A stretch of 64,000 nucleotides of DNA from Planctomycetota bacterium (GTDB lineage: Bacteria > Planctomycetota > Phycisphaerae > UBA1845 > PWPN01): contig JAKLEZ010000024.1 in NCBI GenBank assembly GCA_022711465.1, forward strand, positions 17,938-81,937, read 5' to 3'. Numbering within the stretch: position 1 is the stretch's first letter; every line of letters starts with the position of its first letter. The notes under the pieces were generated by a model. It was not told where the DNA came from, made no database searches, and worked only from the letters and a program-made list of their open reading frames with translations. A program made the position numbers and the translations under genes. Of this stretch, positions 52,935-61,097 are shown one piece after another.

Positions 52935-53651
52935 TCACCATCCGACGGGGTACGGTGAATGCCAGCGGACCTTGACCTTGGAGTGTGTTCGGACCTCGGC
53001 GTGGCCGTCGCCGCACGAAACGTTAGACCAGCCCTTCTTGTCGTCCAGCGGATGGCGGAACAGCCACCCCTCGCGCGGGCCTTGGGGGATGATCCGGCAG
53101 GTCATGACCACCACCTGCTCCGCGTTCTTCTCGTCGATCTTGCAGATATACTCGTCCCGGTTCTTCCCGTTGCGGTTGACATCCAGCCACATGACGTCAG
53201 CCGAGGGCGACGCATCCGACGGATTGGCGGGGTTCCGCCACGTCGGGTTGCCCAGATAGTAGTAACCGATGCGGTATACCGTCGTGCCATACACGTGGCC
53301 GGGCGGCCAAGGGGGTCGCTTCTCGACTTCCGGGTCGCGCATGATGTCGTCGTTGGGGCAGAACAGGACTTTGTGGTAGTTGTTCCTGCCCAGTTCCTTC
53401 TCGAACGCGAGTCGCGTAGGGTCCGGCACCCACTCGATAAGGTCGGTATTCTGGGGAGGCAGATAGCCTCGGTTGCGGTTCGCATACATGGTCAGGGCAA
53501 CGCCGATCTGGTGGTGGCTGCTCAGGCAGGTGGCCGAGATCGACTGCTGCCGGACACGGCTGAGGGACGGCATCAGGATGGCCAGCAGGAGGGCGATGAT
53601 GGCCACCACGACCAGTACTTCGATCAGCGTGAACGCTCTTGAGCGATTCAT
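52935..53651 (-). CDS. Prepilin-type N-terminal cleavage/methylation protein, DUF1559 / H-X9-DG family (second copy)
   Basis: SRAFTLIEVLVVVAIIALLLAILMPSL. C-terminal NVSCGDGHAEV. Confidence 0.85.
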   Translation of the reverse strand: MNRSRAFTLIEVLVVVAIIALLLAILMPSLSRVRQQSISATCLSSHHQIGVALTMYANRNRGYLPPQNTDLIEWVPDPTRLAFEKELGRNNYHKVLFCPNDDIMRDPEVEKRPPWPPGHVYGTTVYRIGYYYLGNPTWRNPANPSDASPSADVMWLDVNRNGKNRDEYICKIDEKNAEQVVVMTCRIIPQGPREGWLFRHPLDDKKGWSNVSCGDGHAEVRTHSKVKVRWHSPYPVGW

Positions 53652-53822
53652 GGCCGCATCTCCTTGTCATCTTTCCCTTTCCGTCGAGGCAGGCTTGGAG
53701 ACCTGCTCCATCCGGCTACCATCCGCTCCACGCTGGCACATCGGCCCCGTGTCGGGGCCCGCCGGGACAGAGGCGACGCCCGCTTGCGGCCCGCGGCCGG
53801 CGGGTGATTCAACCGGACCGGC

Positions 53823-54137
53823 CTACTTGGGCGACGTCCAATCCCGGAGCATGCCGCCTGCGAAAACCATCTTGCCGCTTCCGGCTCCTTCTCCATATGT
53901 CCATCGCGTGAACGCCAGGTCACTGGCGCTGGCGGTCGGTTCACCGAGAATGTCACGCACCTGCTGCTGGGTCATGCCCGGCCTGATCCGCCGCCAGTTC
54001 TCCCTCTGTTCCCACTTGGCCGCGGGAGACGAGGACCCGAAATCGCTCCGACTGCAGGTCGCGTAGAAGCCCGCCACGGCAGCGGCGATGATGACTCCCC
54101 CCACGATGGCATACCTGGGCAGATTGCGCGCCGTCAT
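53823..54137 (-). CDS. Small membrane-anchored SmpA/OmlA (BamE-like) domain protein
   Basis: 104 aa. TM anchor YAIVGGVIIAAAVAGFYATC, then WRRIRPGMTQQQVRDILGEP...WTYG...VFAGGMLRDW (BamE-like fold signature). Confidence 0.5.
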   Translation of the reverse strand: MTARNLPRYAIVGGVIIAAAVAGFYATCSRSDFGSSSPAAKWEQRENWRRIRPGMTQQQVRDILGEPTASASDLAFTRWTYGEGAGSGKMVFAGGMLRDWTSPK

Positions 54138-54210
54138 GGGTGTATACTCCGGCCGCGCCGGCGGGGAGAATCGAAGGTGGCCCGCCGGCGCGGCTCTCGG
54201 TCCGTGGTGT

Positions 54211-56790
54211 CTACTCCTCGCACTCCGCGCTGGCCGGGACCATCGGCCCGCTGAAGCAGTTCACGAATGCGAGCAGGTCGGAGCCGTCGACATCGCCGTC
54301 ACCCTGGTCGCCGTAGTCGCGGTCGAAGCAGAGACAGCTGTCGACGGCCGCGGTGCCGTTGCCGCTGAAGCAGAGCTGCCACGCACCGAAGTCAGCCTGG
54401 TCCACGTCGCCGTCTCCGTCCGCGTCGGCGAACGGCTTATGACATGGCCGGAACGTGTACAGGAACGTCTTGTCGGCGTTAGCCTCTTCCGGATAGTAGT
54501 CGCCGGAGTTCTCACCGACGTAGATGACCCGGAACCGGGTTGGGTTACCCAGCTCGGACAGCGGGATCGACGACTCGATCGAGGTCTGAATGGGGCCTGT
54601 GGCTGCTGCCGGCAGGGGCAGACCACCGGCGACCAATCCGCCACCGGCATCGGCAGCCCAGAGGTTGTGGCCCTGGGTCCCGTTGGTGTTAATCTCGGCA
54701 CCGATGACGGCCGGCGCCCATGCGCCCTTCTGCCCGGTCGCAGGATCGAAGTCCGTGTCGATCACGGTCCAGTAGCCAAGTGCCGTAAAGGGGAGACTGC
54801 CCGGCGCCCGCTTTACCAGGAAGTAGAAGTTGGCGCTGTCATGAGCGACCCATACCTGCACCCAGTCCTCGCTGGCCGCGGGGGCATCGCCGATCGGGTC
54901 TGCGGTGTAGGGCGTGGCGTTCGTCCAGTCGGCCAGCTGGCCGTCCACGCGCATGGTCCCGTCGGCCACCGGGTTGGACCTCGACTCGGCGATATTGCCC
55001 GGCAGCGGGTCCGGCAGGGCCCCCGTGTAGTAGTGCAGCACCTTCCCCTCCGTGCCGGCGCTGTCCGGGTAGTAGTCGTGGGAGGTTTCGCCCTCGAAGA
55101 TAAAGGTGAAGTTGTCCGGGTTGATGAATGTCGAGCGCGGAAAGGAGAATTCCTCATAGTCTTGCGGCGGCATCGCCATAGGCACGTTGTGATCGTAGCA
55201 GCCATTGCTGCTCCAGGCATTGGACGCAAGTCCGCCCCAGTTGTATTCGCCGCCGATTGAGAAGCTCCGCGCACCGAAGCCGGTGAAGCCGGTCGCCTTG
55301 TCACGGTCGGTGTCCAGGATGATCCAGTAGCCCTGCCCCAGACCTCCCTGGAACTCCGTGCTCTCCGGGGTCCTCTCAACCATGAGATAGAGGTTGTTAT
55401 CGTCGTGGGCGATGGAGGCCCGCAGCCAGTCCTGGGCCAGGCCGCCGTCGCCAGCCGTGTCGTCCGGGAAGAAGGTGAGGCTGGACCAGTCGGAGAAATC
55501 GCCGTCGATGCTGATCGCCCCGTTGGACACCTTGTTGCTCAGCGTGTAAACCTCCACCGGGTCGCCGCCGGTCGGACTTGGGGGATGCACGGTGTAGCGG
55601 AAATAGTCCGCATTGAAAGCTCCGTCGGGGTAGAAGTCCGGGCCGTTCTCGCCCACGAATACCAGATTCATCGCGGCGGGATCTCCCATGTCGGATCGCA
55701 GGACCGCTCCCTCGACGGCGAGGGGACTTGGGGGGAAGGCGACTTGATCCCAGGAGGTGCCCCAGCTGCCGATCAACGGGCCCTGGAAGATGTAGTCCGT
55801 GCTGTTCGTGGAATTCCAGCCCGTCCACTGGGCAACGGCCGGATTCGTGTCAATCATGATCCAGAACCAGCCGGTCCCGTCATCAAGTCCGTTGGGGCTG
55901 TCCGCCGCTGCCTCCAGGCTGAAGTAGTAGTAAGTATCGTCGTGGGCGATGGCAATCTGCTTGAAATCGCGACCGCCGTCACCCGTCGGATCGTCCGGGT
56001 AGGGTGCGACGCTCGCCCATTCCGACAAATCGCCGTCAATGGTGATGGCCCCGGAGGCCACCGGGTTGGAAAACGACTCGACCATCCCGGTCGGCCGGCT
56101 GTCCGGCGGTATCGCCCCGGTGGTGGAGTAGTGGAAGTAGTCCGTACCGCCCGCGTAGCCTCCGTCGGGGTAAACGTCCGTGAATAGGTCGCCCGTATAG
56201 CCGTAGCACACGAAGCGAAACTCGGTCGCAGGCGGTGCGGCGGCGTTGGTGTAGTCGGTGGTCAGCGCGGAGCGCAGAACGCGGGCCTCGAAGACCGACG
56301 GCGACTGCACTGAGGTGGCGACGAACGTGAAACCACCCAGGCCGGAGGTGCAGGTGGATGCCCCCGGCGGCCACCGATTGACGCTCAAGGCGCTGTTTGA
56401 AGTGAACTCGCCGCCGACCGAGAGATTCAGGCTCCCGAGCAGGTTCCTGCCGGTGGCGATGTCCTCGTCGGTGTCCAGGACGACGCGATAGCCGGCATCA
56501 GTCAATGGTAGGCTGCCCGCCGCCCGCTCGAACCGGAAGAAGAGGTGGGTGTCGTCGTGGGCCATCCAGGCCTGGACCCAGTCGTTGGAGCCGGCGACGG
56601 CGTCGCCCGCCGGATCGGGAGAAAACGGCACGACCTCCGCCCAGTCGGTAAACGCTCCGTCAATGACGATCGAACCATTGGGAACCGGGTTCGACCGCTG
56701 TTCGAGTTCCCCGGCGTACGACCGCAGCGCCGGGCAGGCCGTGGCCAGTGTGACGACAGCCAGAGCCACCCAAAAGTTCTTTCCAGACAT
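54211..56790 (-). CDS. Secreted protein made of 4x ~190-aa repeat + C-terminal dockerin-like module
   Basis: ATG 56790 after gaggagga (the ORF track starts at TTG 56796). Signal peptide MSGKNFWVALAVVTLATACPALRSYAG. Each of the four repeats opens SNPV..G.I.IDG...DW..V.P...DP.GD...DW.....AHD...(L/Y)(F/Y). C-terminal FADADGDGDVDQADFGAWQLCFSG...CLCFDRDYGDQGDGDVDGSDLLAFVNCFSGPMVPASAEC. Confidence 0.8.
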   Translation of the reverse strand: MSGKNFWVALAVVTLATACPALRSYAGELEQRSNPVPNGSIVIDGAFTDWAEVVPFSPDPAGDAVAGSNDWVQAWMAHDDTHLFFRFERAAGSLPLTDAGYRVVLDTDEDIATGRNLLGSLNLSVGGEFTSNSALSVNRWPPGASTCTSGLGGFTFVATSVQSPSVFEARVLRSALTTDYTNAAAPPATEFRFVCYGYTGDLFTDVYPDGGYAGGTDYFHYSTTGAIPPDSRPTGMVESFSNPVASGAITIDGDLSEWASVAPYPDDPTGDGGRDFKQIAIAHDDTYYYFSLEAAADSPNGLDDGTGWFWIMIDTNPAVAQWTGWNSTNSTDYIFQGPLIGSWGTSWDQVAFPPSPLAVEGAVLRSDMGDPAAMNLVFVGENGPDFYPDGAFNADYFRYTVHPPSPTGGDPVEVYTLSNKVSNGAISIDGDFSDWSSLTFFPDDTAGDGGLAQDWLRASIAHDDNNLYLMVERTPESTEFQGGLGQGYWIILDTDRDKATGFTGFGARSFSIGGEYNWGGLASNAWSSNGCYDHNVPMAMPPQDYEEFSFPRSTFINPDNFTFIFEGETSHDYYPDSAGTEGKVLHYYTGALPDPLPGNIAESRSNPVADGTMRVDGQLADWTNATPYTADPIGDAPAASEDWVQVWVAHDSANFYFLVKRAPGSLPFTALGYWTVIDTDFDPATGQKGAWAPAVIGAEINTNGTQGHNLWAADAGGGLVAGGLPLPAAATGPIQTSIESSIPLSELGNPTRFRVIYVGENSGDYYPEEANADKTFLYTFRPCHKPFADADGDGDVDQADFGAWQLCFSGNGTAAVDSCLCFDRDYGDQGDGDVDGSDLLAFVNCFSGPMVPASAECEE

Positions 56791-56841
56791 GTGCAATCCT
56801 CCTCAATGGCCAATTGTGACGGACAGACGCTATCCGATACG

Positions 56842-57924
56842 CTAACTCGAAGCCCGAACCACCAGCTGGGGCGGGATCACGACCGCCCGGCGATCCGCGG
56901 GCACCGTACCTTCATCCAGCAGTTCAAACAGCAGTGAGGTCATCGCTCGAGCCAGTTCCTCCACGCGAAGGTCAATCGTCGTCAGGGGCGGATCGACCAG
57001 CGTGCTGATGTCCAGATTGTCACAGCCCACGACGGCGACGTCCTCGGGCACGCGTCGGCCGCGATGGCGGAGGGCGGCCATGATTCGGGCAGCGTAGGCG
57101 TCGTTGACGGCCACAATTCCGTCGACTTTCTGGTCGAGCACGAGGTGGTCCACGGCTGCCTGGGCCAAGTCGGGGGTGAACGCATCCATCCACCCGGCAG
57201 CGGTTCGCTCGCCGAGCACCCACACCAGCCGCTCATCGTAGTCGAGTCCTGCCGCGGCCAGCGACTCCCGGTAGGATTCGTGTCGCTGGACGGCGTAGGG
57301 AAACACCAGGTTGCTCATGACCAGGCCGATCCGCCGGCGGCCCCTTTCAAGCAGGTGCCTGACGCCCACTCGACCCACTTCTCGGAAATCCGCCTCCACA
57401 TAACAGGCCCGTTCCGCCTGGGTCCGTCTGAGCACCCCGGGTTTCTCGTAGTACACGACGTTCCCGAACCGGGCCAGCGCGGGCTGGACGAATGCGGCGT
57501 AGTCCGGGTGGTTGTGGAAAACGCTGATCACGCCGTCCACGCCGCGGGCCCGAAAATCGTCAAGGTAGTCGCGAACGCGCTCGCGCGATCCGATGGCGTG
57601 ACCGACAATGAAACGGATTCCGCGGTCGGCCGCCCGTCGTTCCATCCACTGAATGATGCGAACGTCAACCACCGCCTCGGTATTGATGAGCACACCCACG
57701 GCGTTGCTTCGCTTGCCGGCGAGTTGCCGGGCGATCGGGTTTGGGCGGTAGTTCATCCTGCGGGCGGTCGCCAGCACGCGTCGCGCGGTTCGGTCCGAAA
57801 TGCGATGAGCCTGCCCCCGGCCGTTGAGCACCAGTGAAACGGTGGTCGGGGAGAGCTTCAGCTTGCTGGCAATCTGCTCAGAAGTGACAGACTTGGAATC
57901 AGGTTTCCGCACGCCAGGACTCAC
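56842..57924 (-). CDS. LacI-family transcriptional regulator
   Basis: GTG 57924. HTH VTSEQIASKLKLSPTTVSLVLNGRG...RVLATARRMNYRPN, then a PBP1 sugar-binding fold (VGVLIN..., GVDGVI, DGIVAVNDAYA, VGCDN). Confidence 0.9.
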   Translation of the reverse strand: MSPGVRKPDSKSVTSEQIASKLKLSPTTVSLVLNGRGQAHRISDRTARRVLATARRMNYRPNPIARQLAGKRSNAVGVLINTEAVVDVRIIQWMERRAADRGIRFIVGHAIGSRERVRDYLDDFRARGVDGVISVFHNHPDYAAFVQPALARFGNVVYYEKPGVLRRTQAERACYVEADFREVGRVGVRHLLERGRRRIGLVMSNLVFPYAVQRHESYRESLAAAGLDYDERLVWVLGERTAAGWMDAFTPDLAQAAVDHLVLDQKVDGIVAVNDAYAARIMAALRHRGRRVPEDVAVVGCDNLDISTLVDPPLTTIDLRVEELARAMTSLLFELLDEGTVPADRRAVVIPPQLVVRASS

Positions 57925-57984
57925 TTCCCATCATCGGTCAGCCTTGAAGATGAGCACGGCATTCTGCTAAACCGCTTTTGCATT

Positions 57985-58013
57985 AAGATATCAGGCGATT
58001 GCGAACCTGTCAA
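57985..58013 (-). promoter_or_regulatory. Candidate sigma70-type promoter (TTGACA-N17-TATCTT) for the LacI-led minus-strand gene string
   Basis: Minus strand: TTGACA (58013-58008), 17-nt spacer, TATCTT (57990-57985). It lies about 60 nt upstream of GTG 57924, in an AT-rich patch. Confidence 0.45.
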
Positions 58014-58019
58014 CAGGTT
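58004..58019. promoter_or_regulatory. Palindromic candidate operator AACCTGT-CA-ACAGGTT overlapping the -35 box
   Basis: Perfect 7-bp inverted arms with a 2-bp centre, read directly from the sequence. The size and symmetry fit LacI-family operators. It embeds the TTGACA hexamer. Confidence 0.35.
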
Positions 58020-58386
58020 TTTGCCGTTATCTTGGCGGCGCCTGCCGCCCGGTCCGTGCCGCACGCTAAGTGGCGGAGCGTCCATCGCTTATGCCATCGG
58101 GGCCACGCCGGGGCCCTCCGCGCGGGTGACCGAATCGGCGAGCCGCGTATTCGGCGCGGGGTCTGTACAGGCATCGCGACGGCGAGGCCGGGCCGGGCTT
58201 CAAGGCACGTCGTTGGGGAACCAGCTGCGGGCCGGTGCAGCACGGAAGGAAGAGCCGCTCGCCATGCCAAAGCCAGGGCGTGGATCCGGGTATCCTGGAG
58301 CATCTCGGGATGCGTCGGGGTACGGCCGGCCGCAGGCATCCGGCAGGCGACCGGTGGTGTAGCAGTCCAGGCCGCAACTCCCTAGA

Positions 58387-59322
58387 ATGAGATCAGCGGG
58401 TCTCATCTGGCAAGGTGCCATCATGTGCAAAGCCTTCCCCGGAAGCGGCATCATCACAAGAAACCGATTGGATCGAGCGAGGTCCCGACGCACATGGGCT
58501 GCATGTGGGTTGTTGATCGTACTGAGCACCGCCTGCCGGGAAAGGCCCGATCCGTCTCGATCCCGTTCGGGATCCTCAACGTCTACCGAGGTCGGTTCTG
58601 CTCCCTGCACGGCTCCGGCCCTCGATCAGGGAGCCACGGCTCGAAAGCCGCCGCCGGGATCGGCCGAGCGGGTCCGCGAGCGGGCCGAAATGGTGGATTC
58701 GCAGTTGCGGCAGCCCGTTGACGGTCGAGAGGCCATTCGCGATGAACGGGTGCTGCAGGCGATGCGGATCGTCCCTCGCCATCTGTTCATCCCAGAATCG
58801 ATGCGCCGGTCCGCCTATCATGACGGGCCCTTACCCATCGGCCATGAGCAGACCATCTCGCAACCCTACATTGTTGCCCTCATGACGGAAGCCATCGGGT
58901 TGCGCTCCGGCGAACGTGTTCTGGAAGTCGGCACCGGTTCGGGCTATCAGGCGGCCGTCTTGGCTCACCTCACATCGGGGGTCTACACGATTGAGATTGT
59001 TGAGCCTTTGGCCGAGAGAGCTCGGCGAACACTGCTTGAGCAGGGTTACGAGGAAGTCAGATGCCGCGCGGGGGACGGGTACAAGGGCTGGCCCGAAGCG
59101 GCGCCGTTTGACGCGATCATGATCACTTGTGCCGCGCCAGAGGTGCCCGCTCCGCTCTGGCAACAGCTCAAGGCCGGAGGTCGTCTGGTCATGCCCTTGG
59201 GCGAAGCCGGTCATGTCCAGCAGCTGATCCTCCTGACTAAGCGGGCCGACGGCGGCCGTCACGAGCAGCGGATCATCCCAGTTTCGTTCGTACCCATGAC
59301 CCGTGAGCGGGGGGCGCGCTGA
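58387..59322 (+). CDS. pcm: Protein-L-isoaspartate O-methyltransferase with N-terminal export/lipoprotein-like extension
   Basis: Pcm core (VLQAMRIVPRHLFIPE, GHEQTISQPYIVALMTE, VLEVGTGSGYQAAVLA, YTIEIVEPLAERAR, GDGYKGWPEAAPFDAIMITCAAPEVP, GGRLVMPLG). The N-terminal ~100 aa contains RSRRTWAACGLLIVLSTAC. Confidence 0.85.
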   Translation: MRSAGLIWQGAIMCKAFPGSGIITRNRLDRARSRRTWAACGLLIVLSTACRERPDPSRSRSGSSTSTEVGSAPCTAPALDQGATARKPPPGSAERVRERAEMVDSQLRQPVDGREAIRDERVLQAMRIVPRHLFIPESMRRSAYHDGPLPIGHEQTISQPYIVALMTEAIGLRSGERVLEVGTGSGYQAAVLAHLTSGVYTIEIVEPLAERARRTLLEQGYEEVRCRAGDGYKGWPEAAPFDAIMITCAAPEVPAPLWQQLKAGGRLVMPLGEAGHVQQLILLTKRADGGRHEQRIIPVSFVPMTRERGAR

Positions 59323-59777
59323 TCCACCTCTGGTGTCCTGGTGGTGCTCTGGACCTGGCGTACTTGGGGCCGGCCGCGAGGTGGTCGAGTGGTGACCGGT
59401 CTTGTCCTCGGGTCGGCGGGGCGGACCGGCGCTTGGGTCACAGGGGCGTTCACCTTGTCACATGCCTGGCTCGGGTCAGTTCGACCTTCGGTTTCCTGGA
59501 GAGGAGGCATCCGGTCTCCGACGTGGCCGCGGCAGCCAGTTGCGATGGGCCGTGTTTCGGCCCGCCGTGTCGGGGTGGCGGCCCCTGAAGTGTGGCACCG
59601 AGGTGCATTGGACTCGCGATGTCGGTAGGCTGGTGACCTGGGACGGGGGGAGGTCCGTCTGCCGGGGGAGGTGCCACCTCGGGTGGCGACTCCGGCTGGG
59701 AGGGACGGTGGGTGAGGAGACGCCTCGCGTGAGGTGCCCGCCGGATCACTCCGTCCCTCGTGGGAACGGCGCAGGTC

Positions 59778-61001
59778 ATGGCAGCATCGAGCAGCAACTC
59801 AGCTGAGTTCGTGGCCGAGAACCGCGGCTTTGTCCGGCGCGACGGCCGGCATTTCCTGCTCAACGGGCAGCGGATTCATGTCGCCGGTGCCAACAGCTAC
59901 TACCAGATGATCCATCGCCGGACCGGTCATGCCGGGGCGGACGAGATACTCGATGAGATGCAGGCTCGCTCGATGACCCTGCTGCGGATTTGGGCGTTCC
60001 AGGACGAGGTCGAGGAGGGCGGCTGCCTGCAGCGTGCGCCCCATCGGCGGCTCGGTCGGAAGGAGCGCCCGATCGACTTCATTGACACGGCCACGCTGAT
60101 GGCCCTGGATCAGACCCTGGCGGCCGCCGATGCCCGCGGCATCCGGGTGGTGCTCACGCTGGTCAACAACTGGGATGACTACGGCGGTATGAACCGCTAC
60201 ACGGTCTGGCGGTACGGCTGGGTTCGCCACGACGCGTTCTACACCGACCCGACCATCCGCGGCTGGTTCAAGGACTTCATCGCCCTCCTCGTTCATCGCG
60301 TGAACACGGTCAACGGCCGGATGTACCGCGACGAACCGACGATCTTCTCATGGCAATTGGCGAACGAGGCCCGTTCGAGCTGGAACCTGGCCGGAGCCCT
60401 CAACGACTGGATCGGCGAGATGAGCGCGTACATCAAGAGCATCGATCCGAACCACATGGTAAGCACTGGCATCGAGGGCTTCTACAATACAGGCCATGCC
60501 GAATGCAATACGGACCTTTGGATGTGTGCGTGCGGACAGGACTTCATCGACAACCACCTGCATCCGTCCGTGGACTACGCCAGCTGTCACATCTGGCCCC
60601 AGAACTGGGGCTGGGATCCGGTCGGCCACACGACATGGGCGATGGCCAAGGCCCGGCAGTTTCTCCAGCAGCGCATCGACCATGCCCACGATGTGCTGGG
60701 CAAGCCGCTGATGGTTGACGAGTTTGGCGTTCCGCGCGACAACCACGGCACAGGCCCTTCCGGAGGGCCGACCACCGTTCGCGAACGGTTTTTCCAGGAT
60801 CTCTACTACGCTTCGTGTGAAGCGTCGGTGAGCAGCGGGGGACCATTGGCGGGTACCGCCCTGTGGATGATCCTCGATGACGCTACGGCTTCATGGGATG
60901 ACGGCAACGGCGTGTTCCTGCCGCAGGATGCCGCTCTGGACGCCATCATTAGCGCTCACGCCCGACGCCTGGCTGGCGTAGTGGGCCTGGAGTGCGTTTG
61001 A
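59778..61001 (+). CDS. GH5 endo-beta-1,4-mannanase-like glycoside hydrolase, no signal peptide
   Basis: ATG 59778 (the ORF track starts at GTG 59760). Motifs FVRRDGRHFLLNGQRIHVAGANSYY, LRIWAF, LVNNWDDYGGMNRY, WQLANEARS (acid/base Glu), MVDEFG (nucleophile Glu). Confidence 0.8.
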   Translation: MAASSSNSAEFVAENRGFVRRDGRHFLLNGQRIHVAGANSYYQMIHRRTGHAGADEILDEMQARSMTLLRIWAFQDEVEEGGCLQRAPHRRLGRKERPIDFIDTATLMALDQTLAAADARGIRVVLTLVNNWDDYGGMNRYTVWRYGWVRHDAFYTDPTIRGWFKDFIALLVHRVNTVNGRMYRDEPTIFSWQLANEARSSWNLAGALNDWIGEMSAYIKSIDPNHMVSTGIEGFYNTGHAECNTDLWMCACGQDFIDNHLHPSVDYASCHIWPQNWGWDPVGHTTWAMAKARQFLQQRIDHAHDVLGKPLMVDEFGVPRDNHGTGPSGGPTTVRERFFQDLYYASCEASVSSGGPLAGTALWMILDDATASWDDGNGVFLPQDAALDAIISAHARRLAGVVGLECV

Positions 61002-61097
61002 ACACCCTCGTGAGAGGGCTCTGGGGAACATCCATTTGGCCGAAGCCGGCCGGGTCGGCGAGATGGATCCGCTCAACCCGGCGGTGATCCGAGGGAG

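Noticed and set aside
58236-58260. SRP-RNA-like GGAAGGAAG motif (gcagcacggaaggaagagccgc) in the lacI/pcm intergenic region
   Set aside because: It superficially resembles the 4.5S RNA domain IV sequence (uccGGAAggaagcagcc). However, the residues flanking the GGAA loop cannot pair (cac/gga), and no extended helix is evident.
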